A stretch of 64,000 bases of DNA, taken from positions 5,022,001-5,086,000 of the forward strand of contig CM022667.1 of assembly GCA_012295275.1 (NCBI GenBank), read 5' to 3'. Below, piece by piece: positions 37,693 to 54,900 of the stretch. The stretch comes from Chrysomallon squamiferum. Taxonomy: Eukaryota > Animalia > Mollusca. The position numbers and the translations under genes are program-made. The notes beneath the pieces were generated by a model. That model saw only the letters and a list, made by a program, of their open reading frames with translations. It ran no database searches and was not told the origin of the DNA. Each line of letters opens with the position of its first letter. Position 1 is the first letter of the stretch.

Positions 37693-38435
37693 GTAAGTAA
37701 AACTTTCTTAGTTTACGTGATTTAAACTGTCTTACTCAACTATGAGCTGTAGAGACAAAATTATATACATATATAAAGAATGACGATGAAGTAAGTCGAA
37801 AGAAATGATTATACAGTCCGTTAGTTCTTTTAAATAAACAGTCAAGAGTTACGCGGTATCAGCAACTTTTAGATGTGGTGTCATCACTGCACTTAAGATA
37901 CAGATTATAAATAAAATAAAATTAAAAGTTAAATTTTCTAGTAGTACCAGTATTAGTCGTAGTTGTAGAAGTAGTAATTGATTACAAAGCTGTAGAATAA
38001 TTATCAAAAGGTTTGATTTTTTTTTTTCAACAGTATATGTTTTATAAAACATTTAAAATAACAATTTACTTTCTAAACCATGTCTAATGTTAGTACTGGT
38101 TTATTGGTAGTATTTATAGTGAACTTTCGAAAATTGATTTGCGACTAAGAACGATATTTATTGAATATCGGATCGGTGACTTTTGGTAGCAGTTTTACTA
38201 ATAACCTGAAAACTAAATACTAATAGAATTAATGTTCAAAGTAGTCACTGAAGGTGCTCTATGGTAAATAATATTTGTAGCAAGATGATATTAAAATTTA
38301 GTTACTAACATTCTCAAGTCTAAGATCTTCCACTGACAAAGCGACTAGCGAGTGGCGTTGTTGCAACTGTTGACGTCATATTTATGTACTTCCGAACAAA
38401 GCGGAAGGATGGCGCGGTTTTGTATTTTTTTCATT

Positions 38436-38799
38436 GAAATTACGTTACTTTAAAGCTTATTATTATTATGAATGTTTTACTGCGAATGAAATTACGTTAC
38501 TTTAAAGCTTATTATTATTATGAATGTTTTACTGGGAATGAAATTACGTTACTTTGAAGCTTATTATTATTATGAATGTTTTACTGGGAATGAAATTACG
38601 TTACTTTGAAGCTTATTATTATTATGAATGTTTTACTGGGAATGAAATTACGTTACTTTGGAGCTTATTATTATTATGAATGTTTTACTGGGAATGAAAT
38701 TACGTTACTTTAAAGCTTATTATTATTATGAATGTTTTACTGGGAATGAAATTACGTTACTTTAAAGCTTATTATTATTATCAATGTTTTACTGGGAAT
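38436..38799 (+). repeat. 7 x 52-bp near-perfect minisatellite in the first intron of gene B
   Basis: Unit gaaattacgttactttaaagcttattattattatgaatgttttactgggaat. Confidence 0.95.
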
Positions 38800-38997
38800 G
38801 TCGGTGAAAACATTTACCTGGAAAATGTATTTTTGTGCTAACAAAGACACAATCACGCTCCAAGTATGCAAATGATGCTGTATCGTAAATAATTTATCAG
38901 AAAAAAAGAAGAAAAAAAAAAGAAAAAGGAATATTTATTTAATACGAATTCTACCTATTTTTTTTTTACCAAGTTTTATTAATTAATTAATTAATTA

Positions 38998-39076
<79 letters not shown>

Positions 39077-39152
39077 CTCGTTTTTATTATTATTTTTTTC
39101 ATTATGTTTTCCATTTGTCTTTTTTACTTTTTCATTCCTTAGATTTGTAACA

Positions 39153-43196
<4,044 letters not shown>

Positions 43197-44525
43197 AAAT
43201 ATGTAAGTATAGTCTAATTATATAATGATAATAATAATAATGATGATGATGATGATGATGACAACTCCGAGTTAAAATAATGTTAATATTTCAAAATTAA
43301 AAACTGTAAAAACTATTTTTTTTTTATCTATCATCTATGTATCGCTCTGTATATCTGTCTGTTTATCTATCTCAACCTGTATTTATTATTGTATTATTAT
43401 TATTTTTGTTATTTTCTTATATAATTATTTAAAATTATTATTTAAAAATTTTATTTATGTTTCAATGGGTTATTCAAACTTTTTTTTGCAGAGGAATGGT
43501 TGTACGTTATATTTAATAAAACAGGAAAGGAAAATTAATCTTTCAACGATAAAAAAAAAGAAAAAAAAATTAATTCGAAGAAGATAGTGAAATAAATAAA
43601 TTTCTTTTCATCGTAATGTAGCACAAAAAAAAAGAACTATGATCAAATTTATATTTAAAAAAAAATGTCTTCCAGTTCAGTAGTTAGTAAATTATATCAT
43701 TGTCTACACAGGCACACACACACTGCACGATTTTATCAAACACCCTTCTCACTAGCAGCAGATCACCGCTTCACATGGTGGAGGGCGTCAGATAATTTAA
43801 TTCAAATTGTTTCATGTTTTAATGGTTATAACAGCGGCTGTCATACAGATTAATGTTTGTTGACGTCGAAATCCGGGCCAGTGTAAACACGAGTCGCTTG
43901 TTTATAAAAATCTCACAACAGTGAAATCTGACTGACGTCCAGCTACATAGGTGACAGATATAAAACTCGTTAAAGCACATTAATCACGTCTGTGACACCC
44001 GTAATAGCACGTACACTCATTAAATACAGATGCGTGCAGATCACTTTCAACAAAAAAAAAAACAACAACAACAACAACAACAGCAACAACAACAAAAGAT
44101 ATAAAATATAATTTAAAAAAAAAGAGTAAAAAGTAAATAATAATAATCAAAAAAAAAAAAAAAAAATCGTTAAATGAAAGTGATAATCACGTTTTCGCGC
44201 AGTATAAACACGTGTTGTGAACGCACATTCACAAAGTTGCTTGGACACAGTCCTGGTTTCAGTAGGTCAGTTACCGTGCAACACTGGAATGTAAATAGCC
44301 TCGAACTGGTTGTTTAATAACTTTTTTTTTTTTTTTTTTTTTTTGTCTGAACGTCACATGACTTCTGCACGTAGCTATTCACAAAGCAAACAGTCCAGTA
44401 ATATATTATATATATATTTGTTTTTTTTTAATTTTTTTTAAAGGAGAATTTTTTTTTTTTTTGTTGGTTAGTTCTTATTTCTTTAGCAATTCAAAATCAG
44501 GTTTTGAAAATTAAAAATAAGTAAA

Positions 44526-44556
<31 letters not shown>

Positions 44557-44707
44557 TAAAAAGAAGAAGACGAAGAAAAAGAAGAAAGAAAAAGAACAGG
44601 AAGAAGACAATGTGATGAAATGATGGATAAAAAGCAACAATACAGTAATAAATAAATAAATAAAATAACAGTAATAGTAATGGTAGTTGTGATTGATGAT
44701 GATGATG

Positions 44708-44738
<31 letters not shown>

Positions 44739-44817
44739 AAAATAAATAAATACATAATTGTAGAAAAAAACAAAATCCCTCGAACACATTATTAGTTCTG
44801 TGATAAGCGAAACTTAC

Positions 44818-45138
44818 CTGTTTTCGTGCACATGGAATCGCCGGTATTAGAAATTACGTCGTACGTACAGATCCATTTCCCTTCATCCACCTTTGAGTGG
44901 AAAGTCTAGAGTGAGAGAGATTTGTGTGAGCGAGCTGAGCACTGCGATGTATCCTGGCTTTCCACTGGATACGCAGAAGTGTTTAGCTGGGTAACAGATG
45001 GCAACATTCTGAGGTCTGTCTCCATTATGACGCATTAATGTTATCGTGACCGTGATATTTGCCTCTTACTGCACGTAAGATTAGGTGGTTGTTTTTCTTG
45101 TGGCGTTTCCATACAGTGAACAGATGTATGTGTTTTAC
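44818..45138 (-). pseudogene. Second Ig-like domain exon, disrupted by three apparent indels (pseudo-exon or assembly errors)
   Basis: Homologous to the 47365-47697 exon: KTHTSVHCMETPQEKQPPNLTC / VRG / ITVTITLMRHNGDRPQNVAICYPAKHFCVSSGKPGYIAVLSSLTQISLTL / TFHSKVDEGKWICTYDVISNTGDSMCTKT. It needs three frame changes. AG/GT ends are intact. Confidence 0.65.
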
Positions 45139-45527
45139 CTTTAAAGCCACACATTTATATATTCAAACATACATATATAAAACAATTAACTTTTTTACAC
45201 ACACACTTTTTTCTTCGTCGTCTTGTTCTTTTTATGATTATTTTATATATATATATATATACACACACACATAAGTTGAAAGGAAAATGTTAAATCATTG
45301 CTCTAATTTGTTTTTGTAATGCTGCGTTCTATTTTAATTCGTAAACTTATGTTGTTTTCGTTTATGTATTTATGCATCTCTCTCTCTGCGTTTGTGTGTG
45401 TGTATGTGTGTGTGTGTGTGTGTGTGTTTGTAAGTGTGTACGTTATATGTAGGAACGCAGGTGTTGTAGGTATGCTGATATGTAATTTTCATTGACGTAA
45501 AAACTCACTTCCTACAGACTCCCAGAC

Positions 45528-45558
<31 letters not shown>

Positions 45559-45690
45559 AAAAAAAAAAGAAATAAGGTAAAGAAATGTGAAATCAGAAAC
45601 CATTTAAAACTAATTACTGTCCTAAAATGTATATATTAGTATTATCAACAACAATAGTTTGCTACAACAACAGCTACTACTACTACCATC

Positions 45691-45762
<72 letters not shown>

Positions 45763-46378
45763 GACAATAATAATAATAATAACTACTTTTAAACAGAATC
45801 GGTTTCTGTTTTCATTTCCTGTTCCTTAAAATTTGTACATGCGCATACACGACTTTATTGTACCTATATAGTCTTAGCATTTATCAAAATTTATCAAACC
45901 CCTGTAGCACGCAATATGTCATCTACTAGAGCTTTATATGATATCGTCTGTGAAAACACTACATTATCCAGGATACGACACATAGGACTGTGATAGGTAC
46001 ACTATCACGATACAGACTGTGACGTGTAGTAATAGTGTGTGTTTAGTGATCTCTGAGATGTAAAAATGTTCAGTGGATAACACATTTCAAAAAATTGAGA
46101 GATAGACAAGAGGATTTCGTTTTTGTTTTTGAGCTGCCTAAGAAAACGTCTTTCAAGTGAGGGTCCACTGACTTCCGGTTTCAATAAAAGATTTCAACCA
46201 TAACGGATATTTTTAAAAGACACACATTTCAATGCAGAGATAACAATAAAAAAAAAAAACACTGGGTGAAGCCTGAAGCAAGTACAAATTTAATATGTAA
46301 AGTGTAACAAAGAAGTAAGATGGCAGTAGATTTGTTTCTGTATATCAGTTCCTTTTTGTAATGAAAGAATATAAAAAG

Positions 46379-46412
<34 letters not shown>

Positions 46413-46525
46413 ATAATAATGTCAATTTTGCGTCAAATGGTTCATATTTCATAAAAGTACTTTTCATCCGCCATTTAAGTACTGAGTAAATATATAGCTG
46501 ATGAGCATCTTCAGACTGTAAAGAG

Positions 46526-46585
<60 letters not shown>

Positions 46586-46811
46586 AGTTAAATTTATAAT
46601 TATTCAAGTCATTAAATGAATATCATCTGTGAGTGGTATTTAAAACGTTTTTTAAAAAATGTTTTATATTTTTATTTTTGTGACAGAGAATGAGAGAAAG
46701 AGAAATGCAGAGAGAGACAGAACTAGAGAGAGAGTGAGAGACTCAGCGATGAGAGAGACACACTGAAAAAGGCAGAAAATTATCTACAGAAAGAAAGACA
46801 GAAAAATATAG

Positions 46812-46865
<54 letters not shown>

Positions 46866-47364
46866 AAATAAAAATAAACATTAGAGAACTTTTCTGTTAT
46901 TACACACCAAACAATGGATCCAAACCCAGAGTTTATTTCTGATTTTAAACGGGAGGCACTTGAAGCCGCTTTTACATAAAACAGAAAGAAAATTATCATT
47001 ACAAACTAACTAGTGAAATGCGAATCAAAATTCTTTATGCTCCCATTTTTAATGTTTTGCTGGATCTAAATGCTCTCATTTTTAACATTAATTAGAATCG
47101 TGATGGATAGATGATAGCACCGGAAGAAAATGAAATACAACTAGATCATGCTATAAGGATGTGTTTAAACTCGCAGAAAAATATCGGTTCCCAGACATTT
47201 TAAAAACTATATTTGTACTGTTATTATATCTTTACATTAAATTTATTTTTTAAAAAGAAGGAAACCCCCCCAAAAAAACCCCACATCAGCAACAAGAACA
47301 CCTCCCCCAAAAAAATAAACAATCATTAATTTGAATAAACATTTCGATTACAAACATAACTCAC

Positions 47365-47846
47365 TTTCAAACTGTTTTCTGCATTTAGTTCTACCCGATC
47401 CAGGAGGCACTCCATCTGTACACATCCATTCCCCGTAATCAAAACTCGAGTTGAACGACTTTATAGTTAGAGAAATGTGTGAAGGTTTGTCAATGACAAG
47501 CTTGTATCCCTCGATCCCCGGGATTAGTCTGCACTCCGAGTGTTTGAAATTACAGGTTAGGATTTCTTCGGGGTGTCCAGATCGTGGTCGAAACAACCGC
47601 ATACCACTAGCAATTTTCCCGTTTACACTACAACCGATTTTCGTAGAACGTTGTTCTTCTGGTTTCTCGAAGCACTCTATATACGTTTTTGCTGGACCTG
47701 TAGCAGCATAAATAAATAAATAAATAATGTTAATAAAACTAATAAGAAATAATAATTAATGAAAAAAAAAAAAAAAAAAAAGAAGAAGAAGATGAATAAT
47801 GATAAAAATTAAAAATACAGAAATAAATAAATAAATAAATAATTAA

Positions 47847-47885
<39 letters not shown>

Positions 47886-48524
47886 CTGGCACAACAATAT
47901 TTCATTATCTACCGAGAATTCCACTCCTGGTAAAAAGAATATTTCAGTATCTAGCGTGAATTTCAGTTCTGGTACAAGAATATGTCAAACACCATCAGTT
48001 CAACACCAAGTGATAAGCTGGATTCAGACATGTTCAGAAACTATTTACACAAAAACGTGGTCTTCAAATGTTTCAACAAACACGATTTATAATAAGCTTC
48101 AACCATTTCTTGATAACCAAGCAGAGAGAACGGTTGTGACGTCTGTTTATGTAAAAATACACGTCTGATCGCGTTCACCATGTGAGTCTGTAATTCCTCA
48201 CGTATCAGTAACTGATTAGGGAATACAAGTGTAATAATAATAATGATATCTATCTGTCTGTCTACCTATTCATCGTTAAGAATTGCAGTACATCAAATGC
48301 AATACCTTCCGGCAATCAGTCGTAACAAAATAAATAAATACACAAGCTAAACTTGACTAATTGAGGCTAAAAAAACAAACAAACAAATAAACAAATAAAT
48401 AAATAAACACATAAACTAAATTAAATTGTATAAATAAATCTTAAATGCACTTACCGTCTGCTGAAACCGAGACACAGAAGAAAGTTGTTACAGAAATAAT
48501 AAAAACAATTACGGCAAAAACCAT
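47365..48524 (-). CDS. Secreted/surface IgSF protein: signal-peptide exon 48524-48455 and V-type Ig-like exon 47697-47365
   Basis: MVFAVIVFIISVTTFFCVSVSAD|GPAKTYIEC...KIGCSVNG...ILTCNFKHSEC...ISLTIKSFNSSFDYGEWMCTD...KCRKQFE. Shows the Ig E/F-strand pattern LxI...DxGxWxC and phase-1 introns. Confidence 0.75.
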
Positions 48525-48814
48525 ATCTGTGAGAAAAAAAAAATCAAAAAAAAAAATCAAAAAAAAACATTTCAATTAATATACCGTGACCATTCTTCTT
48601 CATGCGAAAACAAAATGAAAATTAATTAAGGAAGCTAAAAATCATTAATTCAGAATTTCCATATGTTAACTGTTATGTTCATGCTAAGTGGTGAAGCAAA
48701 ATGTAACTGGATACGAATATAATATCGTGTCATGATGGTGAAACTGTATGGTGTAGATTTTTCCAGACGATCCCAGCTTACGTCACTGAAAGCGTCATCA
48801 GTGGTTGTAAACTG

Positions 48815-48883
<69 letters not shown>

Positions 48884-49069
48884 TTCTTCTTCTTCTTCTT
48901 CTTCTTCTTCTTATTATTATTATTACTGAGAAAATTTAATTGTAATTCCGTTTTATTGATATTTCAAAATTAATTACGGATATACCTGTTAAGAAATCGA
49001 TCTTAACATCTTAAAAATAAAACGGACATTATTCTACATATCTATCTATCTATTAATCTACCTGTATAT

Positions 49070-49111
<42 letters not shown>

Positions 49112-49171
49112 AAAACGAATGAGAATAAAATAAAAACAATACAAAATAATTTAATAAAGAATACAGAACCA

Positions 49172-49224
<53 letters not shown>

Positions 49225-49917
49225 AATAATAAATTAATCTGAAAGAAGAAAAAATAATAGTAATAACAGCTACAAGACACATATACACGCAAAAAAGAAG
49301 TAAATAACTAAAAATAAACACACACACACACACACATATATATTTAATAATAATACTAATGCTATTACTACTATTAGTACTAATAAATGCAACCAGTAAT
49401 ACATGCAATATTATCTTACTAACTTAAAAATGTCACTATTTTATGTTATGATCCAAACGATATATTATTTGGAACTAAAAGAACAATTAATTTTACTGTA
49501 GGCAGATTTTAAAATTATATAATAATTTGAGTCATAACAATAAAAAATAAGTAAATTAAAACTGTAAAATTATAAATAAAATGAAAAATCACCTGAAAAT
49601 GAAATTCTTAGAATAAAATTATTAATGACTGAAATCTTTGCAAACCTGTGAATTTTGCAAGTTTGTTTAAAAAACAGCGAAACTTCTTACATGAAAATAG
49701 TAAACAGGAAATACGTCAAACCGGGAATACTACAATTTTCTCTCGTTCTAAAATTCGTCTGTAATAAAAGATTAATAACAATGAATCGTCACTAATCTAT
49801 GACCAAAAACTGAACCTCTTTCTAATATTTTTAGTTATAGGCATATTTATATTATTTTATTTTACATAATAGTATTTGTTCTTTCTTCTTACGTAAGAGA
49901 ACGACTCCCCATCTTTT

Positions 49918-49973
<56 letters not shown>

Positions 49974-50732
49974 TCTGAATTAAAACGAATTCACCCGCTT
50001 TCCGATGTATATATCCCAACTTAACGGTATAATGAATATTTTATTTTTTATTTTACATTTTATTTTGGTTTTGTATGGATATTAAACAGCTATATATTAT
50101 ATAACATGCGGATATGAAATCAGACCTGATATATATATATAAGAGAAAGAGTGCAGTATAAGAGAAATACTCCAGAACTGATAGCTGTAATTATAAACAG
50201 TATGAGCTATTTTAGAAACATTTATTTTGAACATTTTGTGTTTAATATATTTTTGTATTTACACATGAAATAAAGGTATAATATCACATTAAGACTGAAT
50301 TAAAATTAATGAATAATAAAATAAAAATAAATATATTATATAGTTACTAATAATTTAATCAGCGAAATCAAATCCTCTATTAAAAAGTTAAATGACGAAA
50401 TTTAAATAACTGGCCTAGAATTTTAAACTGAAAACATTATGTATTTAAAGATGTTTTCACGGTTTAAAAAACGGACAATGATTATATAATCGTGGCCCAT
50501 TATATTCTTCAACATTTTTGATATTCATAAAATTAAAATAATTACGAATCATTGGAAATAGCATGGAAACTGGTATTATTAAATATATACACTTTTGAAA
50601 TTTTTAATTTTATTTAATTTTTTTTTTTTAAATCAGACTTCTTTACAAAAAAATATTTATACTTTTTAAATTATTTTCAAATAGACAACTAGAAAAACAA
50701 ATGTAATGTCGCCTTCAATATAATCGGCATGT

Positions 50733-50844
50733 TTCCGGGAATGGTATTCGAAGCATGCGCATTGGACCCATTGTTGTGTGCGACATTATTTTTGTTATTT
50801 AAACTGTATTTGTTTACCTAAAAATTAAAACAACATTATATTCA
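50733..50844 (+). promoter_or_regulatory. Probable promoter and 5' UTR exon of the ZNF407-like gene
   Basis: TTCCGGGAA (STAT/GAS-like) 50733, GCATGCGCAT (NRF1-like) 50753, ATTGG 50761, donor ttcag|gtaagt at 50844, acceptor ttctttcag at 51927. Confidence 0.5.
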
Positions 50845-51928
50845 GGTAAGTTGATATTGTTTAAGTAATTAAAGAAATAACTGAATTTATATTAACTAAC
50901 AAGAGGACACTGAGAAGTAATATATATTGAAATGTTTGTATTACCGTCATAAACCTTATGTCGTGGACAGTCAATAACATTTTCACATATTTATATTGTT
51001 GACACTCGGACCCGGGGAACTTCAGGTTCGGGACACGCATCGATACAGATATTAAATAAATAAATAAATAAATAAATGATAAATCACATTTAAGTAGTAA
51101 ACGTCTGATTTTGATTTTCTCAGTTTTATTCACTGTAAGTATAACTTTGCCTACCATTTTCAGTTTATATAAATTATAATATAGGCCATACCCATAGTGA
51201 TATACATTACAGGTAATTAAATGAGGTTATAAAGTGTTGTGGTGCCTCTGTTTCTTTAAATTATGCACATCAGTGCTATTTTAATTGTTAATTTTGTACT
51301 GCTATATAAGATAACTACTGTATTCATACTAAAACACAGACGAGGGGAAACAAAAATAATAATAAAAAAGAAATTAAAAAAAAGAAAAAAAGAAAAAGAA
51401 GTAAATATTATTAAAAAATCTTTAGTAGCTCTAGAACTTCACAATATAACAACAACCATGCTTGCCTAGGGTTAATCAGATATCTCTCAACTTATCATTA
51501 TTTTTTGCATCATCAAGATGATATTATTATTGTTATTATTATTATAGATCCAGTTATGATTATAATTTTAGACTAACAATCTAATCTTTTTCAGTAGGTT
51601 TTCAATTTTTCAAGTTATTCAAGGGGGAGCCTCTCAGGCAAGGCATCCCAGACCAAGTGCTGCATTTTGCTCTTTATAAATCTACCTCTAGCAATAAGAG
51701 ACTGATAGGTGACTTTAATAACAAACTATTGAATATATTATCTTTGATTTTTGATCATTCCCCAAATATGGTACATATTTTATATTTATTGGAAGGCAGC
51801 ATAATGATAATAGCAAGTTGTTCTCCCATTTCATCAAAGACTATTAAATATTAGTGAACTGAAATTGTAATTATATTTGTATCATTGTGTATTTTGGTTA
51901 TCTTAGTAATTCTTTGGTTTCTTTCAGG

Positions 51929-54900
51929 ATGGATGATGATGATGATGTGCACCTGTGTCTGAGCTGCAACCAGACCATCATAGGACTTATGAATTACATT
52001 GTTCACAAGAAGAGTCAGTGTCGGTGCAAGAAGCAGCAGACCGTGAAACTTGGAGAGCAGACGCAACCGAACAGCGCAGGTGCAGATTGTTCAACTGCTG
52101 TTTCAGACCTGACTTTATCGTATTCTCATCAGAAATCATTTCCTGCAGTCACCACTGGCACTCTCACAGAGATTGTTTCTAACAACTTTTTGACTTCTTC
52201 TGTCAGTTCTCAGAGAAATTATATATTTTCCACAGCCGGACAGAATGAAACAAACACGGAAACAAGTCACAGTTACTTGTCTTCTGATAAAAGTATTTCA
52301 AATTCTATGGATTTTTCTACCCCAGGAATGGGAACTTTGGTAATGCCAGTGACAAGCCAGTGTTTTTCAGCTAATTCTACACTAGCAGGAAACAACAAAT
52401 GTCAGAACAGTGTAAACAGTTTTGTTGCTGATTTAGGCAAACAGACTCCTTCCTGTAGCTTAGCAACTGTCAATTCAGCTGTTGTGTCTCTAAGCCAGTC
52501 TGTTTCACTGAGAGAAATCAGCCCAGTTGAAAGTCAGCAGACAACTTCAGTTTCACTGTGTTCTGCTGTTCCACCAACATCGACTGAACCATCACTGTCT
52601 CTGGAAATTCATTCACCGTTGTCAAGATTTATCAGTGCCACCCTCAGCCCTGTTTCTGTCAGTCCCAATTCGATGATGCCTCAGACCAGTGTGGGCAACT
52701 GTGAGGATTTCTTCCAGTCTCTTGAACTGCAGAGTAAGTCGCATCAGAACATTAAATCTGGAAGTCAGGGCAGGCAGCCTGTTGATGATGATGAAATGGA
52801 CCTTGATCTCCCCATTTCCAGGATTCTCAGTAGCCTTGACTTCAGCAGTGATGAGGATTTAGTTGATTTTCCACTTGATGGAAGTTTTGGTGAAATGTCA
52901 GATGATGAAGCTAGCTCAGATCATCCTCCCAGTTCTCATACGGGTGGAAAGTGGAAGCCAGGAGAAGGACCAGCTTCTAGAAAAAATATCTCTTGTAAGA
53001 AATGGAGGAAAGATTTTTATTCTGGTGCTCAGATGGGTCATGGTGGGAAATGGAAACCAGGAATGTCACGAGGCAAGACAAAAAGTGTGTCAGAGAAAAA
53101 TGATGAAAAGATTTACAAGTGTCAGGGTTGTGATATAACATTTGCGAATCGCTTTCAGTATTCTCATCATTGTAGTACTCAGGATCACAAGTCAAGGATT
53201 TGTGGTAAAGCAGCTGGTAGAAAAGGATATTACTGCTCAGTGTGTGGAGTATCTCTACCATCTCGCTTCTCATACTCTCACCACTGCAGAAGAAAATCAC
53301 ACAAATATAATGTGAAATGTCAGCAGGATGGGTATTCTGAGACGTGCAAGGAAATCAGTGGTAAAACAACTGAACTAAATTCTGTCTCATCCAGCTCATG
53401 TAATGCGTCTTCTAAAGATATTGGAAATTCTAAGAATTCTAAAGAAAATGACACTAAGATTTCCAGTCATTCAGCAATTCAGAAAAAGAACAGTGAGGAA
53501 AAAGAAAAGATCACTGACATGATTGAGTGTGATCATTGCAGACAACAGTTTGAAAACAGAGCAGAGTTAGAGAATCATCTTCAGATGTGTAAAGAAAATG
53601 TAAAAACCAGTGACAGAGCAGAGAGAGAGGTAAATAACAGTGTAGAAGAAAAGGTGTATGCATGTCAGGTCTGTTCAGAGATGTTCAGCAACAGCTTCAC
53701 GTATTCTCATCACCTGGGTTTGTGTACAGCAGAGAAACCAGGCTCAGAGAATTGTGAGAGAACAGCAGAGAGTAAAGACGCAACAAAACCAAATGACAAG
53801 AAACCTGTGGGAGTTCCTGAACAGTGGAAATCTCTTGTTATTCGACTCTTTTATTGTTCAGTCTGTAACCATTCTTTCAAAACTCGCCCACTGTTTCTGC
53901 AACACTGTGATATCTGCCGGGCTTTCATAGCTCAGTCGCATGGTGTTAATGATAACACTGTCCACTGTTGTTGTTGTAGTGTTGTCTTCAAAAGTGACGA
54001 GGAATTGTCAGAACATTCCAAGAGCACTGACCACAAAGTGAAGGAATCACTGATGTTAAATAAACTAGAGAATGAGAGAGGTTTGAAAGATACTGAAGTA
54101 GAAAACAGGTCTCAGGTAACTTCCAGGCAGAATGAACAGAGTACTGAAGGACAGGGTAATGACAGTACATCACAGACTGTGGAGAGAAAAGAACAGAAAC
54201 ACGAATGTTTGGTGTGTAATAAAAGTTTCAGTAGGACTTTACGACATAGTGCGACATCTGTTAACAAGATTTCACAGAAACCGAGCTATCAACCATCCTC
54301 AAGTGATTTTCATGTTACAGAAGTATCACAGACTTCTGTTAAGACTGAGTCCCTATCAGTGTGGAATTTGTCAGTTTTACTTTAACAGAGAAAGTGACTT
54401 TGCCAGACACATCTCATCTAAGATACACATTCAAAACTGTTCTACCGTTGTTGGTCAGATCATTTGCACTTCATGCAAATACTCATCATACGACCATCAG
54501 GCCATTCAGTTACACATTGCTACAGAGAGCCATAGACACATTCACAAGGAAGGGAGATTACTGTGCATCATCAAGGAGAAGAAGCGACAGATAAAGTGTC
54601 AGTACTGTGGGATTGTGATGGACTCTCGAAAGCGGATGAAACGACACGTAACATACAGACACCCTACAGGCATTCCTTCTAAAGTGTTTGTGAAAAGCAA
54701 GGGGAAGAACCAGCCCCAGTGTCCAACTTGTGGTAAGAGGTTTTTCTCTCCCTCAGCTTTAGCTCTGCACGTCAGTGGTGTGCATTTAAATAACAAACCT
54801 TACAAGTGTAAGTTGTGTAACAAGTTGTTCAAGAGTAAACTGTCATTAAGTAAGCATTCCACGTCTAACAAACATTTGTACAACATGAAGACACAGTCAG

